In this document: one piece after another, positions 32,491 through 42,349 of the stretch | How positions within the stretch are numbered: the first letter of the stretch is position 1 | How the letters are laid out: every line of letters begins with the position of its first letter | The notes under the pieces: generated by a model | Told to the model about the DNA's origin: nothing | Seen by the model: the letters and a program-made list of their open reading frames with translations, nothing else | Databases searched by the model: none | Program-made: the position numbers and the translations under genes | Assembly: GCA_017440575.1 (NCBI GenBank) | Contig: JAFSGY010000075.1 | Span: 822-64,821, forward strand | Length of the DNA stretch: 64,000 nt | Reading direction: 5' to 3' | From: Lachnospiraceae bacterium | GTDB taxonomy: Bacteria > Bacillota > Clostridia > Lachnospirales > Lachnospiraceae

Positions 32491-32735
32491 TATTAGTAGA
32501 TGTATTTGTCCCCTCTGTAGATAACGTATTTGATTTTCAGCTGGATGAGGATGTAAAGATAGGAATGCTGGTAGAAGAAATTGGTGAAATGATTTGTCAG
32601 AAAGAGCATAGCCACTTAGACGGAAAAATGGAGAAGCTGTTATTGTGTTCATTAGATAACAGACAAATTCTTCCCAAGAATGTCACTTTAGCAGAATGTG
32701 GAGTAAAGACAGGGGGAAAGTTAATGCTATTATAG
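32487..32735 (+). CDS. EsaB/YukD ubiquitin-like T7SS protein
   Basis: 82 aa; FDFQL..V.I..L, TLAECGVKTGGKLML beta-grasp pattern; context. Confidence 0.85.
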   Translation: MILVDVFVPSVDNVFDFQLDEDVKIGMLVEEIGEMICQKEHSHLDGKMEKLLLCSLDNRQILPKNVTLAECGVKTGGKLMLL

Positions 32736-32803
32736 GTTGTTCATTCCATTTCATGTGCATTTTGTCATGAAACAGGAAATGATTTTATATGACATGTTAG
32801 GAT
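32734..32803 (+). promoter_or_regulatory. Degenerate copy of the direct-repeat promoter box
   Basis: aggttgttcat at 32734; weak second repeat 21 bp later; TGt-TAGGAT at 32798. Confidence 0.4.
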
Positions 32804-32831
32804 ACAATTACAGCAGACAAAGGAGTTGAAC

Positions 32832-33185
32832 ATGTTAGAAATAAGAATGAATCAAGTCATATATGTGCAAGAGAATCTGGAACAACAGCTGGTTTCTTTG
32901 AATAATCAAATATGGGAAATAGAGCAGGTTATGCAGAGATTGAATTATCAGTCCGGCATGGAAGGATCATTAGCAGGACTTAGGAGACAGAAGGATAGGC
33001 TTGCAGAATCGAAAAGAACTTTAGACAGAATGGTTCAGTGTCTAGAAAAGATGATTTTGTATTATAATAGTTGTGAAAACAGAATATGTGACTATGCATT
33101 ACAGGAAGTGGTTGTATACAGACGTCATGTAGTAGGAATAAATAATTTGCAGAATATCTCAGGTTTGCTGCAGTCAGTAATATAG
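32832..33185 (+). CDS. WXG100-like helical hairpin protein lacking the WxG motif
   Basis: Heptad helices with YNSCE (YxxxE); first gene of the WXG cluster. Confidence 0.7.
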   Translation: MLEIRMNQVIYVQENLEQQLVSLNNQIWEIEQVMQRLNYQSGMEGSLAGLRRQKDRLAESKRTLDRMVQCLEKMILYYNSCENRICDYALQEVVVYRRHVVGINNLQNISGLLQSVI

Positions 33186-33205
33186 TCTATGGGAAGGAGA
33201 AAGGT

Positions 33206-33505
33206 ATGGCTAATAGAGAAATAGAAATAGAAACAAATACGCTTGCCGGTGATATTGGTGAGTTGACAAGTGAACTGGAAGTAGCGAAAAGTTGTATACA
33301 GACCATGATTACAGATATGACAGAATTAGATGCTATGTGGGATGGTCCGGCTAATCAGGTATTTATGATGCAGTTCAATAACGACACACAATATGCGGAG
33401 GAAATCTGTAATATGGTGAAAAAGTTAATTGAGTGTATGGAATATGCAAAAAAGCAGTATGATTACTGTGAATCGGAAGTCAGTTCCTTGATTTCATCTA
33501 TATAA
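33206..33505 (+). CDS. WXG100 family protein
   Basis: 99 aa, central WDG, C-terminal YDYCE. Confidence 0.92.
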   Translation: MANREIEIETNTLAGDIGELTSELEVAKSCIQTMITDMTELDAMWDGPANQVFMMQFNNDTQYAEEICNMVKKLIECMEYAKKQYDYCESEVSSLISSI

Positions 33506-33524
33506 GCAGGCGGAGGTAAGTGAT

Positions 33525-33851
33525 ATGGCAATAGCAGGACAGGTAGTACTTAAGGTTACACCAGAGCAGCTTTTAACGAAGGCTGAAACAACCAAAACGA
33601 ATATATCCAAGCTTACGACTAGTTTTGAAAAAATAAGCAGTATTATAGCAAGAACGCAAAATTATTGGATAGGAGAGGCAGGAGACTTACATCGTAAGTT
33701 ATATACCGATGAGAATGAGGAAATACAGGAAATGTTTGCAAGATTATTAGAGCATCCGACAGACCTAGAGTTGATTGCAAAGAACTATTTACAGGTAGAA
33801 GATGAAGTAGAGAATCTTGCACTGGAATTACCTGGTGATCTAATCTCATAA
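33525..33851 (+). CDS. WXG100 family protein
   Basis: 108 aa, KVTPEQL, WIG, YLQVE. Confidence 0.92.
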   Translation: MAIAGQVVLKVTPEQLLTKAETTKTNISKLTTSFEKISSIIARTQNYWIGEAGDLHRKLYTDENEEIQEMFARLLEHPTDLELIAKNYLQVEDEVENLALELPGDLIS

Positions 33852-33877
33852 GGAATATTGTAGAGAGGAGAAGGAAC

Positions 33878-34192
33878 ATGGCAACGAGACAAAGTATAGA
33901 GTTTGACTTCAGAGAAGCATGTAGTCAGGCAGACAAGCTGGATTCGATTGCAGACAATCTGGGAAATCTTGCTAAGGACAAACTTGGTGATAGCATGCAG
34001 ACTCTGTCACAGAACTGGAAAGGCGAGAATGCAAATGCTTATCTTTCTAAAGGTAACAACTTGCAAAATAGTATTTCGTCATCAGCATCGGAACTGCATG
34101 GTATAGCATCGGATATAAGAACCATTGCTCAAAATATCTACAATGCCGAAATGGCAGCCTTGGAGATTGCAGAGCAGAGGACATATAAGTAG
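33878..34192 (+). CDS. WXG100 family protein
   Basis: 104 aa, central WKG. Confidence 0.9.
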   Translation: MATRQSIEFDFREACSQADKLDSIADNLGNLAKDKLGDSMQTLSQNWKGENANAYLSKGNNLQNSISSSASELHGIASDIRTIAQNIYNAEMAALEIAEQRTYK

Positions 34193-34222
34193 TAAGAGGT
34201 GATATTGTTTCTACTAAGGAAC

Positions 34223-34291
34223 AGGTCATTCATACCAAAAAATAGGTTGTTTATCAAAATATGATAAAAATCAAAAAAAGAGATTTATAAT
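34223..34291 (+). promoter_or_regulatory. Tandem direct-repeat box plus -10 (putative LytTR-activated promoter)
   Basis: aggtcattcat (34223) and aggttgtttat (34244), period 21 bp; TATAAT at 34286. Confidence 0.75.
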
Positions 34292-34342
34292 GGTAACATA
34301 AACAAGAGAACAAATAAAAACATTTCTAGGAGGAAACAAATT

Positions 34343-34648
34343 ATGGCACTTATTCAAGTAACAGCAGCAGAATTAACAACAAAGGCAAATGAGCTCAGAG
34401 GTCTTAATGGACGGTTCAAGTCACAAGTAGGCAATCTTGAGAGTCAGGAAGCAGCCTTAGCATCTATGTGGGAAGGTGAAGCAAAGACAGCTTTCCATAC
34501 TGCATTTAATAATGACAAAACACAGATGAATGCTTTCTATGATTTAATCGAAAAGTATTGCCAGGCACTGGAAACAATAGCTCAGAAGTATGGTCAGGCA
34601 GAGGCTCAGAATGCAGAAATCGCATCTAGCAGATCATATAGTAAATAG
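34343..34648 (+). CDS. WXG100 family protein (EsxA-like)
   Basis: 101 aa, WEG, YGQAE; AGGAGG RBS. Confidence 0.95.
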   Translation: MALIQVTAAELTTKANELRGLNGRFKSQVGNLESQEAALASMWEGEAKTAFHTAFNNDKTQMNAFYDLIEKYCQALETIAQKYGQAEAQNAEIASSRSYSK

Positions 34649-34696
34649 AAATCGTAATTTATACTTAATATATTAAATAGAAAAAGGAGAAAAAAT

Positions 34697-35011
34697 ATGG
34701 AAGGAATTATTAAAGTAACACCAGAAAAATTAATCAGCACAGCAGAGGAGTTTAATTCAGCAAATTCACAGGTTCAAAACCTGACACAGCAGATGATTTC
34801 AACAGTAGACGCATTAAAATCTGTATGGGAAGGCGAAGCTGCTACAGCATACAATACAAAGTTTCATCAGTTAGAGGATGACATGAATAGAATGCACAGC
34901 ATGATTAATGAACATGTGACAGATCTGAAGGCTATGGCTCAGCAGTATCAGGCAGCAGAGCAGGCAAATGCAGAAGTTGGCAATGCTCTTGCAGGAGATG
35001 TTATTTCATAA
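34697..35011 (+). CDS. WXG100 family protein (EsxA-like)
   Basis: 104 aa, IKVTPEKL, WEGEAA, YQAAE. Confidence 0.95.
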   Translation: MEGIIKVTPEKLISTAEEFNSANSQVQNLTQQMISTVDALKSVWEGEAATAYNTKFHQLEDDMNRMHSMINEHVTDLKAMAQQYQAAEQANAEVGNALAGDVIS

Positions 35012-35030
35012 ATTCTAATGAATCTTGAAC

Positions 35031-35061
35031 AAGGCATTCGATAGTAGTATCGAATGCCTTT
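35031..35061 (+). terminator. Perfect 13-bp hairpin after the WXG pair
   Basis: aaggcattcgata-gtag-tatcgaatgcctt; short T tail. Confidence 0.75.
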
Positions 35062-35091
35062 CGTAGATATATAGATTCCAAACAGAATGAG

Positions 35092-35937
35092 GTGAAAAAG
35101 CATATGTTTTCAAGGAAAACAAAAAAAATTAAAAGGACATATGTAAAAAAAATATTAGTGATATTCGTAATACTATGTGTATACTTAGTTGCATGTGGTG
35201 AGTCTGAAAAGAAAGAGGAGAAAAGAGAGGAAATGACAGATACGATGGAATTACAGCCGGATGAAATAAGAATTCTTTCTGGAATGTATATTGATGAAGA
35301 AAGAATCGCAACAGGAAATTTGTTTTCTTATCAGAAGGATAATCTGGAAAGATATCGTTTTGCTAAGAAGTATTTGTTAGAAAAATATCCGGATTACAGT
35401 TTTGAAATACAATATGGAGAACCCAAAAGTAAGCTTATGTCACAGGCAGAATTTACTTTTATTAGTGAGATAGATGAGGAAAAGAGTTATAAGCTTTGTG
35501 TCTATAGCACAGAAGATAATAATGATTATTATGCAGAGGATAACTTCTATGAAGCTGTTTTTGCAGAGAAGTATGACGCATATATGCAGGATATGCTTGC
35601 AAAGGAAGTGGAGAAAGTGTCAGCTGTTACTTCTTTGATGCCGTGGAAAAAAGGTATGGAATATGGTGTTGATATGACAGTAGAGGATGTGACAAGTGGA
35701 AAGCTTGAGCTATCGGCCAATACGACGATTTATATAGCGGACAGTCAGATGACAGAAACTGCATTTGATGAAGTAACGGAAAAAATTAAGAATATTATAC
35801 AGAATAATCATTTCTATGGCTCTTTTAAAATATATGTATTTGATGATCATTTTTCGGTAGAAGAGCTTAACAAGGAAGAAAGAAGGCTTTCAGATTATCT
35901 TTATAAAGATACATTTCAGAACTTTAGAGAGGAATAA
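35092..35937 (+). CDS. Lipoprotein, candidate immunity protein for the lipase
   Basis: Basic N-region, lipobox LVAC; ends 3 bp before the lipase gene; immunity role is inferred. Confidence 0.65.
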   Translation: MKKHMFSRKTKKIKRTYVKKILVIFVILCVYLVACGESEKKEEKREEMTDTMELQPDEIRILSGMYIDEERIATGNLFSYQKDNLERYRFAKKYLLEKYPDYSFEIQYGEPKSKLMSQAEFTFISEIDEEKSYKLCVYSTEDNNDYYAEDNFYEAVFAEKYDAYMQDMLAKEVEKVSAVTSLMPWKKGMEYGVDMTVEDVTSGKLELSANTTIYIADSQMTETAFDEVTEKIKNIIQNNHFYGSFKIYVFDDHFSVEELNKEERRLSDYLYKDTFQNFREE

Positions 35938-35940
35938 AGT

Positions 35941-37578
35941 ATGAGTGGTCAATTATCAACAGAACAAGTATTGTTATTGGAAAATTTAATGTATATTACA
36001 ACGGAGTCCCCACTCGTAAGAATTACAGATACGGATAGTCAGACCATAGAGGATTGGTTGAATGAAATAAATATATCAGAATTAGAGAGCAATACCGATT
36101 ATGGCTCTTATATGACAGGGTCAGACTGGAAAAATATTATAACAGCAGTAAAGAATGATCCTGTTTTAATGAATATGGAAATTATCGACACGCATGTTGA
36201 TAATAACAAGGAAGGTAGCGGTGGCGGACTTAGTGCTGTTTTTAAGAATCCGGATACAGGAGAGGCAGTAGTTGCTTTCCGTGGAACGGCATCTGACGAA
36301 TGGAAGGATAATTTTGTTGGAGGCGGTCCAACAGGTACTACGGATGGAGTGTCTACGCAGCAGCAGCTTAATGCTCTGGAATGGTATCAAAGTCTGGATA
36401 AATCGGATTTTAGTTCCATTACCATAACAGGTCATTCCAAAGGTGGTAATAAGGCAAAATACATAACCATTATGGATAATTCTGTTGATCGATGTATATC
36501 CTTTGACGGACAGGGTTTTTCGGATGAATTTCTGGCAGAATATCAGGATAAGATAGCAAGCAATCAGGATAAGATTCAGAACCATAATGTAAATTATGAT
36601 TATGTAAATATATTACTGAATGATGTAGGTGAAAAAACGTATTATAGAGGCTATGAGCTGGGCGAAGGAGGATTTTTGGAAAATCATTGCCCGAATACTT
36701 TTCTTAACTTTAAAGAGGATGGCACATTTTCTATTTCTTCCGTTGGTCAAGGTGAGGAAATGAAGGAATTGGATCAATTTCTGAATAGTTACCTGCGTTC
36801 TCTTCCGCCTGAAAAAAAGGCAGATGCCCTGGCATTTATTGGGGAAATCGCAGAAATGGGATTAGGAGGAGAGTTTGATACTAATGAGCTCTTGCAGCTT
36901 TTTTTTGAAGGCAATAATGTAGATAATGCGTCCTATTTATTAGCCTACTTAATTGAATATGAACAAAAATATCCTGAGTTTGCAGAATCCATTAATGGAA
37001 TTATGAAGAATTTTGGTATGGAAGACATAGGAAACATTGTAAAGTTGGTAGAGGATGTGATGAATAGTCCTTATTTTGATTTGCTTTACGATGGAATCAA
37101 CGGTCTGGCAAATATGATTCCCGGTTTTATTCTTGATAAGCTGGCTCAATTAGCTCAGGAACATGGGATTCAATTGACAGAAGAGCAAATCAGGGAACTG
37201 ATTCAGGCATTATCCAAAATCAATCACTATATGGATGACATACAGGTTGAAAAAAGTGGTAGTGATAAGGTGATAAAGAGTACCAGTCAGAGCAGTGGTA
37301 GTGCCAAGTTTGAAGTGAAAACGAGAGTGCTGTATTCGCATAAGGAGAGCTTAGAAAGATATTATCAGAATTTGGAAAATGCTTCCGACGAGATTGCGAG
37401 TCTGAACAGGTGCTTAAGCAACATGAAATCTTATACACGAGTAAAAAGAAATCTGAATGTAATGGAAACACGACTGAATGGGCTTTCTCAAAAGTGTAAA
37501 AAGATGAGAAATGCGATAGAAGACATAGCAAAATGTTATGATGAAACGGAAAGCCGGATTATTGCAGCGGTAAAATAA
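35941..37578 (+). CDS. DUF2974/Mbeg1-like lipase effector with C-terminal WXG100-like domain
   Basis: VVAFRGT, W.DNF, TGHSKGGNKA (GxSxG), SFDGQGF; no signal peptide; last ~95 aa helical hairpin with YDETE. Confidence 0.85.
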   Translation: MSGQLSTEQVLLLENLMYITTESPLVRITDTDSQTIEDWLNEINISELESNTDYGSYMTGSDWKNIITAVKNDPVLMNMEIIDTHVDNNKEGSGGGLSAVFKNPDTGEAVVAFRGTASDEWKDNFVGGGPTGTTDGVSTQQQLNALEWYQSLDKSDFSSITITGHSKGGNKAKYITIMDNSVDRCISFDGQGFSDEFLAEYQDKIASNQDKIQNHNVNYDYVNILLNDVGEKTYYRGYELGEGGFLENHCPNTFLNFKEDGTFSISSVGQGEEMKELDQFLNSYLRSLPPEKKADALAFIGEIAEMGLGGEFDTNELLQLFFEGNNVDNASYLLAYLIEYEQKYPEFAESINGIMKNFGMEDIGNIVKLVEDVMNSPYFDLLYDGINGLANMIPGFILDKLAQLAQEHGIQLTEEQIRELIQALSKINHYMDDIQVEKSGSDKVIKSTSQSSGSAKFEVKTRVLYSHKESLERYYQNLENASDEIASLNRCLSNMKSYTRVKRNLNVMETRLNGLSQKCKKMRNAIEDIAKCYDETESRIIAAVK

Positions 37579-37595
37579 TAAAGAGGAAGATAAAT

Positions 37596-40500
37596 ATGTT
37601 TTGTGAAAATTGTGGTACTCACTTAGAAGGCGAAGAGAAATTCTGTATAAAGTGTGGGCATCCGGTTTCTGTAAGTCATAAAGTAGAAATTGAGGGGCAG
37701 GAAACTACGGCTGTTGGAACGATAAAGGCAGTAGGAATGGCAGCAAAAACAAAAGTTACTATGGGACTGGCTGTTGCACTAGGTGTAGCAGCCATAGGAA
37801 CTTTTGTTGTTATGGGGATTGGCGTAAATAAGAAAGATGAAGCTGATGTGAACTTGATAGAACAAACAGCAGAGGAAGAGGGATTTATAGATAAGGAAGA
37901 GCCAATAATTGAGGCGAATGAACAGCAGGAAAAAAATGAAATAGACATTATAAATAATTTTCAAGATATTAAGCTTACATTTCCTGAAAATTTTGAATCA
38001 TGGGATACTACATCCCGAAATTTGGCGGGAGAAAATCGCTATTTATATGCGGGAGGACATAAAATAACCATGCCAACTACAGTTGGAGAGTGGGAAGAAT
38101 TATTGTCTACCAGATTTGTGAAAATCCCAGAATTTTTTGCGGGTGGGGCGACAAATTATACGCATAATAGAGTGTGTGTTAGAGATGAAAATAATATAGA
38201 ATATGTTTTTAGGATTGATACAACATGCTATGAACCAATGGAAGGTGATTTGAAAGCAGAATTGAAACAGCTTAGGGAGACATCAGTAATCGGCTTAGAA
38301 ATCCATTGGGAAGACGGCGGAAGTTGGGGGATTAACAGTAAACTAGGAAGTTATATTTCATTGATACCTCAGGGATCGATGTTTGAAGGTAATGTGGAGG
38401 AGATAAAAAAAAATCTGTGTAAGGAATATGGAATAGAAAGCATAAACGGCAATAAAATAGAGATAGACCGTTTTCAAGATGGATATAGTTTCTCATGGGG
38501 ATTGGCAGATGATGGAATGACGGGTACTCTATATATTGATTATGTACCTGATAACCTTCTGGCTTTTAAGAAATTTTTTGATGGAACTATGCGTATAGAC
38601 AATTTTGATTGGACATTTGAAGATCTATATATTAACTTGGGAATTTCACTTATTGATGTTACCAATGATGGAATTGATGAATTAATATTATGGACTGATG
38701 AAACTGGGGAAGGGAATCCAAATCCTCAGCACGATATTCTGACTTATAATCAAGAGACAGGAACGCTTAATATGATTAATTATCATGGAACCGAGGTTAT
38801 AAGAAATAATGGTGTGCTGGTTGATATAAAGTCGTATTATCGTGATGGAACATGTAAAAACTATCAGGATCGTTTGGCAGACTATACCCATTATCAATTC
38901 TATGTCTATAATCAATATGGCTCAAAACTTAAGTTGGTTGATTTAAAATATTCAAATTGCCATTATGAATATTTTATAAATAATAAACGTGTGTCATTGG
39001 AAACCTATGAGGAGTGCAGCAAAATGTATAGTGCTTTTGATGCTATTATATATGAGCCAGATATCTCAAATAGAAATAAGTTTCTAAAGGAGAGTATGAG
39101 TACTTACTATGTAGAGAGAGAGGAGTACAAAAAAGACCACAATGATAATTCAGGGCTGAAAGTATATGATGATTCCTTAATTTCTGAGACAGGAACGGGG
39201 CTGGAATATTGGCAGGAAAAATATCTATCACTTATACAGCAGTTTTTTAATCAAGAAGGCTATTTGGAAGATGGATATGCAGCATGGATTTATGAGCCAC
39301 TGGCACCAAAAGAAGAATGGTTGACCTTTAATGTCAAAGATATTAATAATGATGGATTACCGGAATTGTTTTTAGCACCGTACACAGATGAACAGTACCT
39401 TAGTACACCTAATATGTTTATTCCGAAAGAAACATGGGAAGATTCTATGTTGGGAGCGATTGACGGAATTGGATTTCCTATGGGAGAAATCGTAGTTCAT
39501 ATACCTAATATTGACACAGATATAGGAGTATATACCTATGATGGTAATAATCTTTCTTTGGTAAAAGAATTTTATTGTGTGGGAGAAGCTGATGGCCAGG
39601 AAGTTAGATATTATATATCCGAAAATGGATTGACGAGAGAGATTTCTAAAAATGAATTTGATAGATTGGTTAATATTTATAAAATCAATGATTACAACCG
39701 TATAGAAAACAAAAATCTTACGATAGATAATCTTGAAGAGGCTTTCGGAATAAGAATTCATTATTTTGGCAATGAGTATATGATTTACGATAAAGACATA
39801 CTAGCACCAGCAGTTAATTCCGTAAAGGAAAGTATAGATCAACCTCTGGCCGTAAGTGCAGAGATGGCATATGAAGAATTTTTAGCAGGAAACAGAAGTG
39901 CCATTGTAGATAGCAAGTATGGTACGAGCGTAGATAATCAGATAGTATTGTTGAATGGAGAGAAAATATCTCTTTCAGAAATGAAAAAGCGAGTGTTAGA
40001 TACCTGTTATCAAACATACGGAGAGGAAAATCAGGAAAGGTCGCTTGATTTGATTCAATATTCGTATATTGACTGTGGCAGCGATGGCGAACAAGAACTG
40101 GTGATTCGTTTTCAGGGATTAAATTATTATGCGCCGGATGATGATAGTAATTGTGTTTGTGTTTTGAAATATAGAGATGGACAACTTTATATTACATATA
40201 GTTCATTAAGCTGGGCAAGAAGCATTACTACATTATATAAGAACGGTGTAATATTGTCAGCAGGTAGTGGTGGTGCAGCAATCTCTTATAATGGAATGGA
40301 TGTGTTGGATAGCAACGGTATTAAGAGGAATATCTATTCGTCTACAATTTTTATGGATTTGTATGAGTATAATCCTGAAGCATATGAAGCCGTGCTTGCC
40401 AATACATCGGCAGTTGCAATGGATATAATAGTCTACAATATCAATGGCGGCAAATATCGTACAGCGGAAATCTATAATGAGGATGGACTGGATTATAGTA

Positions 40501-40655
40501 AGGAAATGGCACAACAATATTTGGATAAGTGCGTTGAATATGGAGATTCCTTTATTGAGCTGGATGTAATTGAACAAAAGATTAATAAGCTTAGAGAACG
40601 ATATAATGTCTCAGATAAAATAGAGGGAGAAGAGATAATATGGCAGAATTTATAA
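37596..40655 (+). CDS. Large zinc-ribbon single-pass protein with multi-domain extracellular region
   Basis: FCENCG..FCIKCG, TM; repeated DxxxDGxxEL motifs (DVTNDGIDEL, DINNDGLPEL, DCGSDGEQEL). Confidence 0.8.
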   Translation: MFCENCGTHLEGEEKFCIKCGHPVSVSHKVEIEGQETTAVGTIKAVGMAAKTKVTMGLAVALGVAAIGTFVVMGIGVNKKDEADVNLIEQTAEEEGFIDKEEPIIEANEQQEKNEIDIINNFQDIKLTFPENFESWDTTSRNLAGENRYLYAGGHKITMPTTVGEWEELLSTRFVKIPEFFAGGATNYTHNRVCVRDENNIEYVFRIDTTCYEPMEGDLKAELKQLRETSVIGLEIHWEDGGSWGINSKLGSYISLIPQGSMFEGNVEEIKKNLCKEYGIESINGNKIEIDRFQDGYSFSWGLADDGMTGTLYIDYVPDNLLAFKKFFDGTMRIDNFDWTFEDLYINLGISLIDVTNDGIDELILWTDETGEGNPNPQHDILTYNQETGTLNMINYHGTEVIRNNGVLVDIKSYYRDGTCKNYQDRLADYTHYQFYVYNQYGSKLKLVDLKYSNCHYEYFINNKRVSLETYEECSKMYSAFDAIIYEPDISNRNKFLKESMSTYYVEREEYKKDHNDNSGLKVYDDSLISETGTGLEYWQEKYLSLIQQFFNQEGYLEDGYAAWIYEPLAPKEEWLTFNVKDINNDGLPELFLAPYTDEQYLSTPNMFIPKETWEDSMLGAIDGIGFPMGEIVVHIPNIDTDIGVYTYDGNNLSLVKEFYCVGEADGQEVRYYISENGLTREISKNEFDRLVNIYKINDYNRIENKNLTIDNLEEAFGIRIHYFGNEYMIYDKDILAPAVNSVKESIDQPLAVSAEMAYEEFLAGNRSAIVDSKYGTSVDNQIVLLNGEKISLSEMKKRVLDTCYQTYGEENQERSLDLIQYSYIDCGSDGEQELVIRFQGLNYYAPDDDSNCVCVLKYRDGQLYITYSSLSWARSITTLYKNGVILSAGSGGAAISYNGMDVLDSNGIKRNIYSSTIFMDLYEYNPEAYEAVLANTSAVAMDIIVYNINGGKYRTAEIYNEDGLDYSKEMAQQYLDKCVEYGDSFIELDVIEQKINKLRERYNVSDKIEGEEIIWQNL

Positions 40656-40813
40656 TCCCTTTGTAAATAATAGATTGTAAGAAGTCTCTGTTTATCTGAA
40701 TGTTTAAATAGAATTAAGGACGTTCTAGAAGATGTGGCTGACAAAGCAGTTTCAAGAAGAAAATTAAAAAAACGAATAAAAGTTAGTATATTACGTTATT
40801 TGTTATGGAAAAG

Positions 40814-40882
40814 AGGTCATTCATACCGTAAAGCAGGTTATTTATCATAATAAGATAAAAAAGAATGAAAAAGTGATATGAT
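40814..40882 (+). promoter_or_regulatory. Tandem direct-repeat box plus -10 (putative LytTR-activated promoter)
   Basis: aggtcattcat (40814) and aggttatttat (40835), period 21 bp; TATGAT at 40877. Confidence 0.75.
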
Positions 40883-40911
40883 ACTAACAGAAACAAGAAA
40901 AGGAGAACAAC

Positions 40912-41199
40912 ATGATGAATAAGAAAAGTTATTTACCAATTGGAACAGTTGTACTTTTAAAAGAAGGTAAGAAAAGATTAATGATATATGGCAGAAAGCA
41001 GTTTGTAAAGAGTGAGAATAAGGAATACGATTATATGGCTTGTCTTTATCCAGAAGGAGCCTTGAACAGTCGGGATGTAGTACTGTTTAACCAAGAAGAT
41101 ATTCAGATGATTTACTTTATCGGATTTCAGGATATCGAAGAATTACGTTTTAGAGCTTTGCTTACCAATGAGGAAAATACTGCTGAAAGTGAGGAATAA
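40912..41199 (+). CDS. DUF4176 family protein (T7SS effector-locus associated)
   Basis: LPIGTVVLLKEG.KRLMIYGR, YDY.ACLYPEG, FNQEDI..I.F.GF.D.EE. Confidence 0.9.
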   Translation: MMNKKSYLPIGTVVLLKEGKKRLMIYGRKQFVKSENKEYDYMACLYPEGALNSRDVVLFNQEDIQMIYFIGFQDIEELRFRALLTNEENTAESEE

Positions 41200-41202
41200 T
41201 AT

Positions 41203-42315
41203 ATGGCCAGCTTTTCCATTAAAACAAATAACATACAACATATTGTCGGAGATTTATCAGACAGTGCAAGCAAGATTAGAGATTATAGTGATGTAATCAG
41301 TCAGGTAAGGGGTAGTCTTTCGTCTACTCTTGCACACTCAGGAAATGTACAAAAAAGATTAGAGTATTTAGTTTCTAACTGTGAAGATTACAGAGCAGGT
41401 TTATTTAGAATGTCGGGAAAGCTGGATGAAATTATTTTGCTTTATCTGGCTATAGAAAAAGGAATTGTAGATAATGCAGTAGTACAGAGTCCAACATATT
41501 CTAGCGTGCCATCCGATGAAGAGCGACTTTCCGGTGGACATTACGTATCGGAACCTGATACATGGGATTATATTTTAAGAAGTCTGGAACAGATTCTGCT
41601 TGGTAGCTTTACAGAAGAAAGTACACTGTTAGGAATTATTGGAAGTGTACTTGTTGGGTGTGTGCCACCTTTCAATGTTATTGCAGATATAAGAGATATT
41701 CTTGGTGACTTTTACCAGTTTAGAGATGGAGTGGATACAGATGAAATTATCTCACTTGTTGTAGATGTCGTAGCAATTATTCCTTTATGTGATTTATTGA
41801 AATATGCAGATGAATGTTTTGGATTAACCAAATATCTGGATGATGCAGGAGACATATTGGGAGAAGCATTGGATGGTATTATTGATTATGCAAAAGGAAC
41901 ATGGAAAAGTGCAGATGATGTAATGTCAAAAGTAGATGAGCTTGTTGATAAAGGCGGCGAATTTATGGATGACGTGATTAATGGCATTATGGACATGTAT
42001 AATAAAACACCTGATGCTATAAAAAAGGGAATTAATAGAACGAGTGATATGTTGTCAAAGGAGATTGGCGAAAGTACGATAGGTGGCATAATAAAGGATG
42101 TTGTGGATGATTATATCGGAGTACAGGACAGGCTGATTGATGCGGCAGGGGATGCTTTGGATAACATTGGAATAGGCGGAAATATCGTTGATGCAACAGA
42201 GGATGTTCTGCAGGATATTGGACAAGGAATGGAATATGTTGGTGATTATGTTTCATCAAAGTGGGATGAAATGTGGGATATGCTGAAAGGACAGCCACAG
42301 GTAGTATATATATAG
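41203..42315 (+). CDS. Putative T7SS effector: WXG-like N-domain, pre-toxin TG-like segment, acidic helical C-terminus
   Basis: N-terminal hairpin ending YLAIE; GIIGSVLVGCVP..VIADIRD..VVAIIP..DLLKY resembles PT-TG; follows DUF4176. Confidence 0.7.
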   Translation: MASFSIKTNNIQHIVGDLSDSASKIRDYSDVISQVRGSLSSTLAHSGNVQKRLEYLVSNCEDYRAGLFRMSGKLDEIILLYLAIEKGIVDNAVVQSPTYSSVPSDEERLSGGHYVSEPDTWDYILRSLEQILLGSFTEESTLLGIIGSVLVGCVPPFNVIADIRDILGDFYQFRDGVDTDEIISLVVDVVAIIPLCDLLKYADECFGLTKYLDDAGDILGEALDGIIDYAKGTWKSADDVMSKVDELVDKGGEFMDDVINGIMDMYNKTPDAIKKGINRTSDMLSKEIGESTIGGIIKDVVDDYIGVQDRLIDAAGDALDNIGIGGNIVDATEDVLQDIGQGMEYVGDYVSSKWDEMWDMLKGQPQVVYI

Positions 42316-42349
42316 CTCGTGATTTGGGAAAGGTATTTGGCAGGCGTTT

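Noticed and set aside
40680-40790. Possible WXG-like gene remnant (CLNRIKDVLEDVADK)
   Set aside because: Too short, no start codon or RBS; the similarity could be chance.
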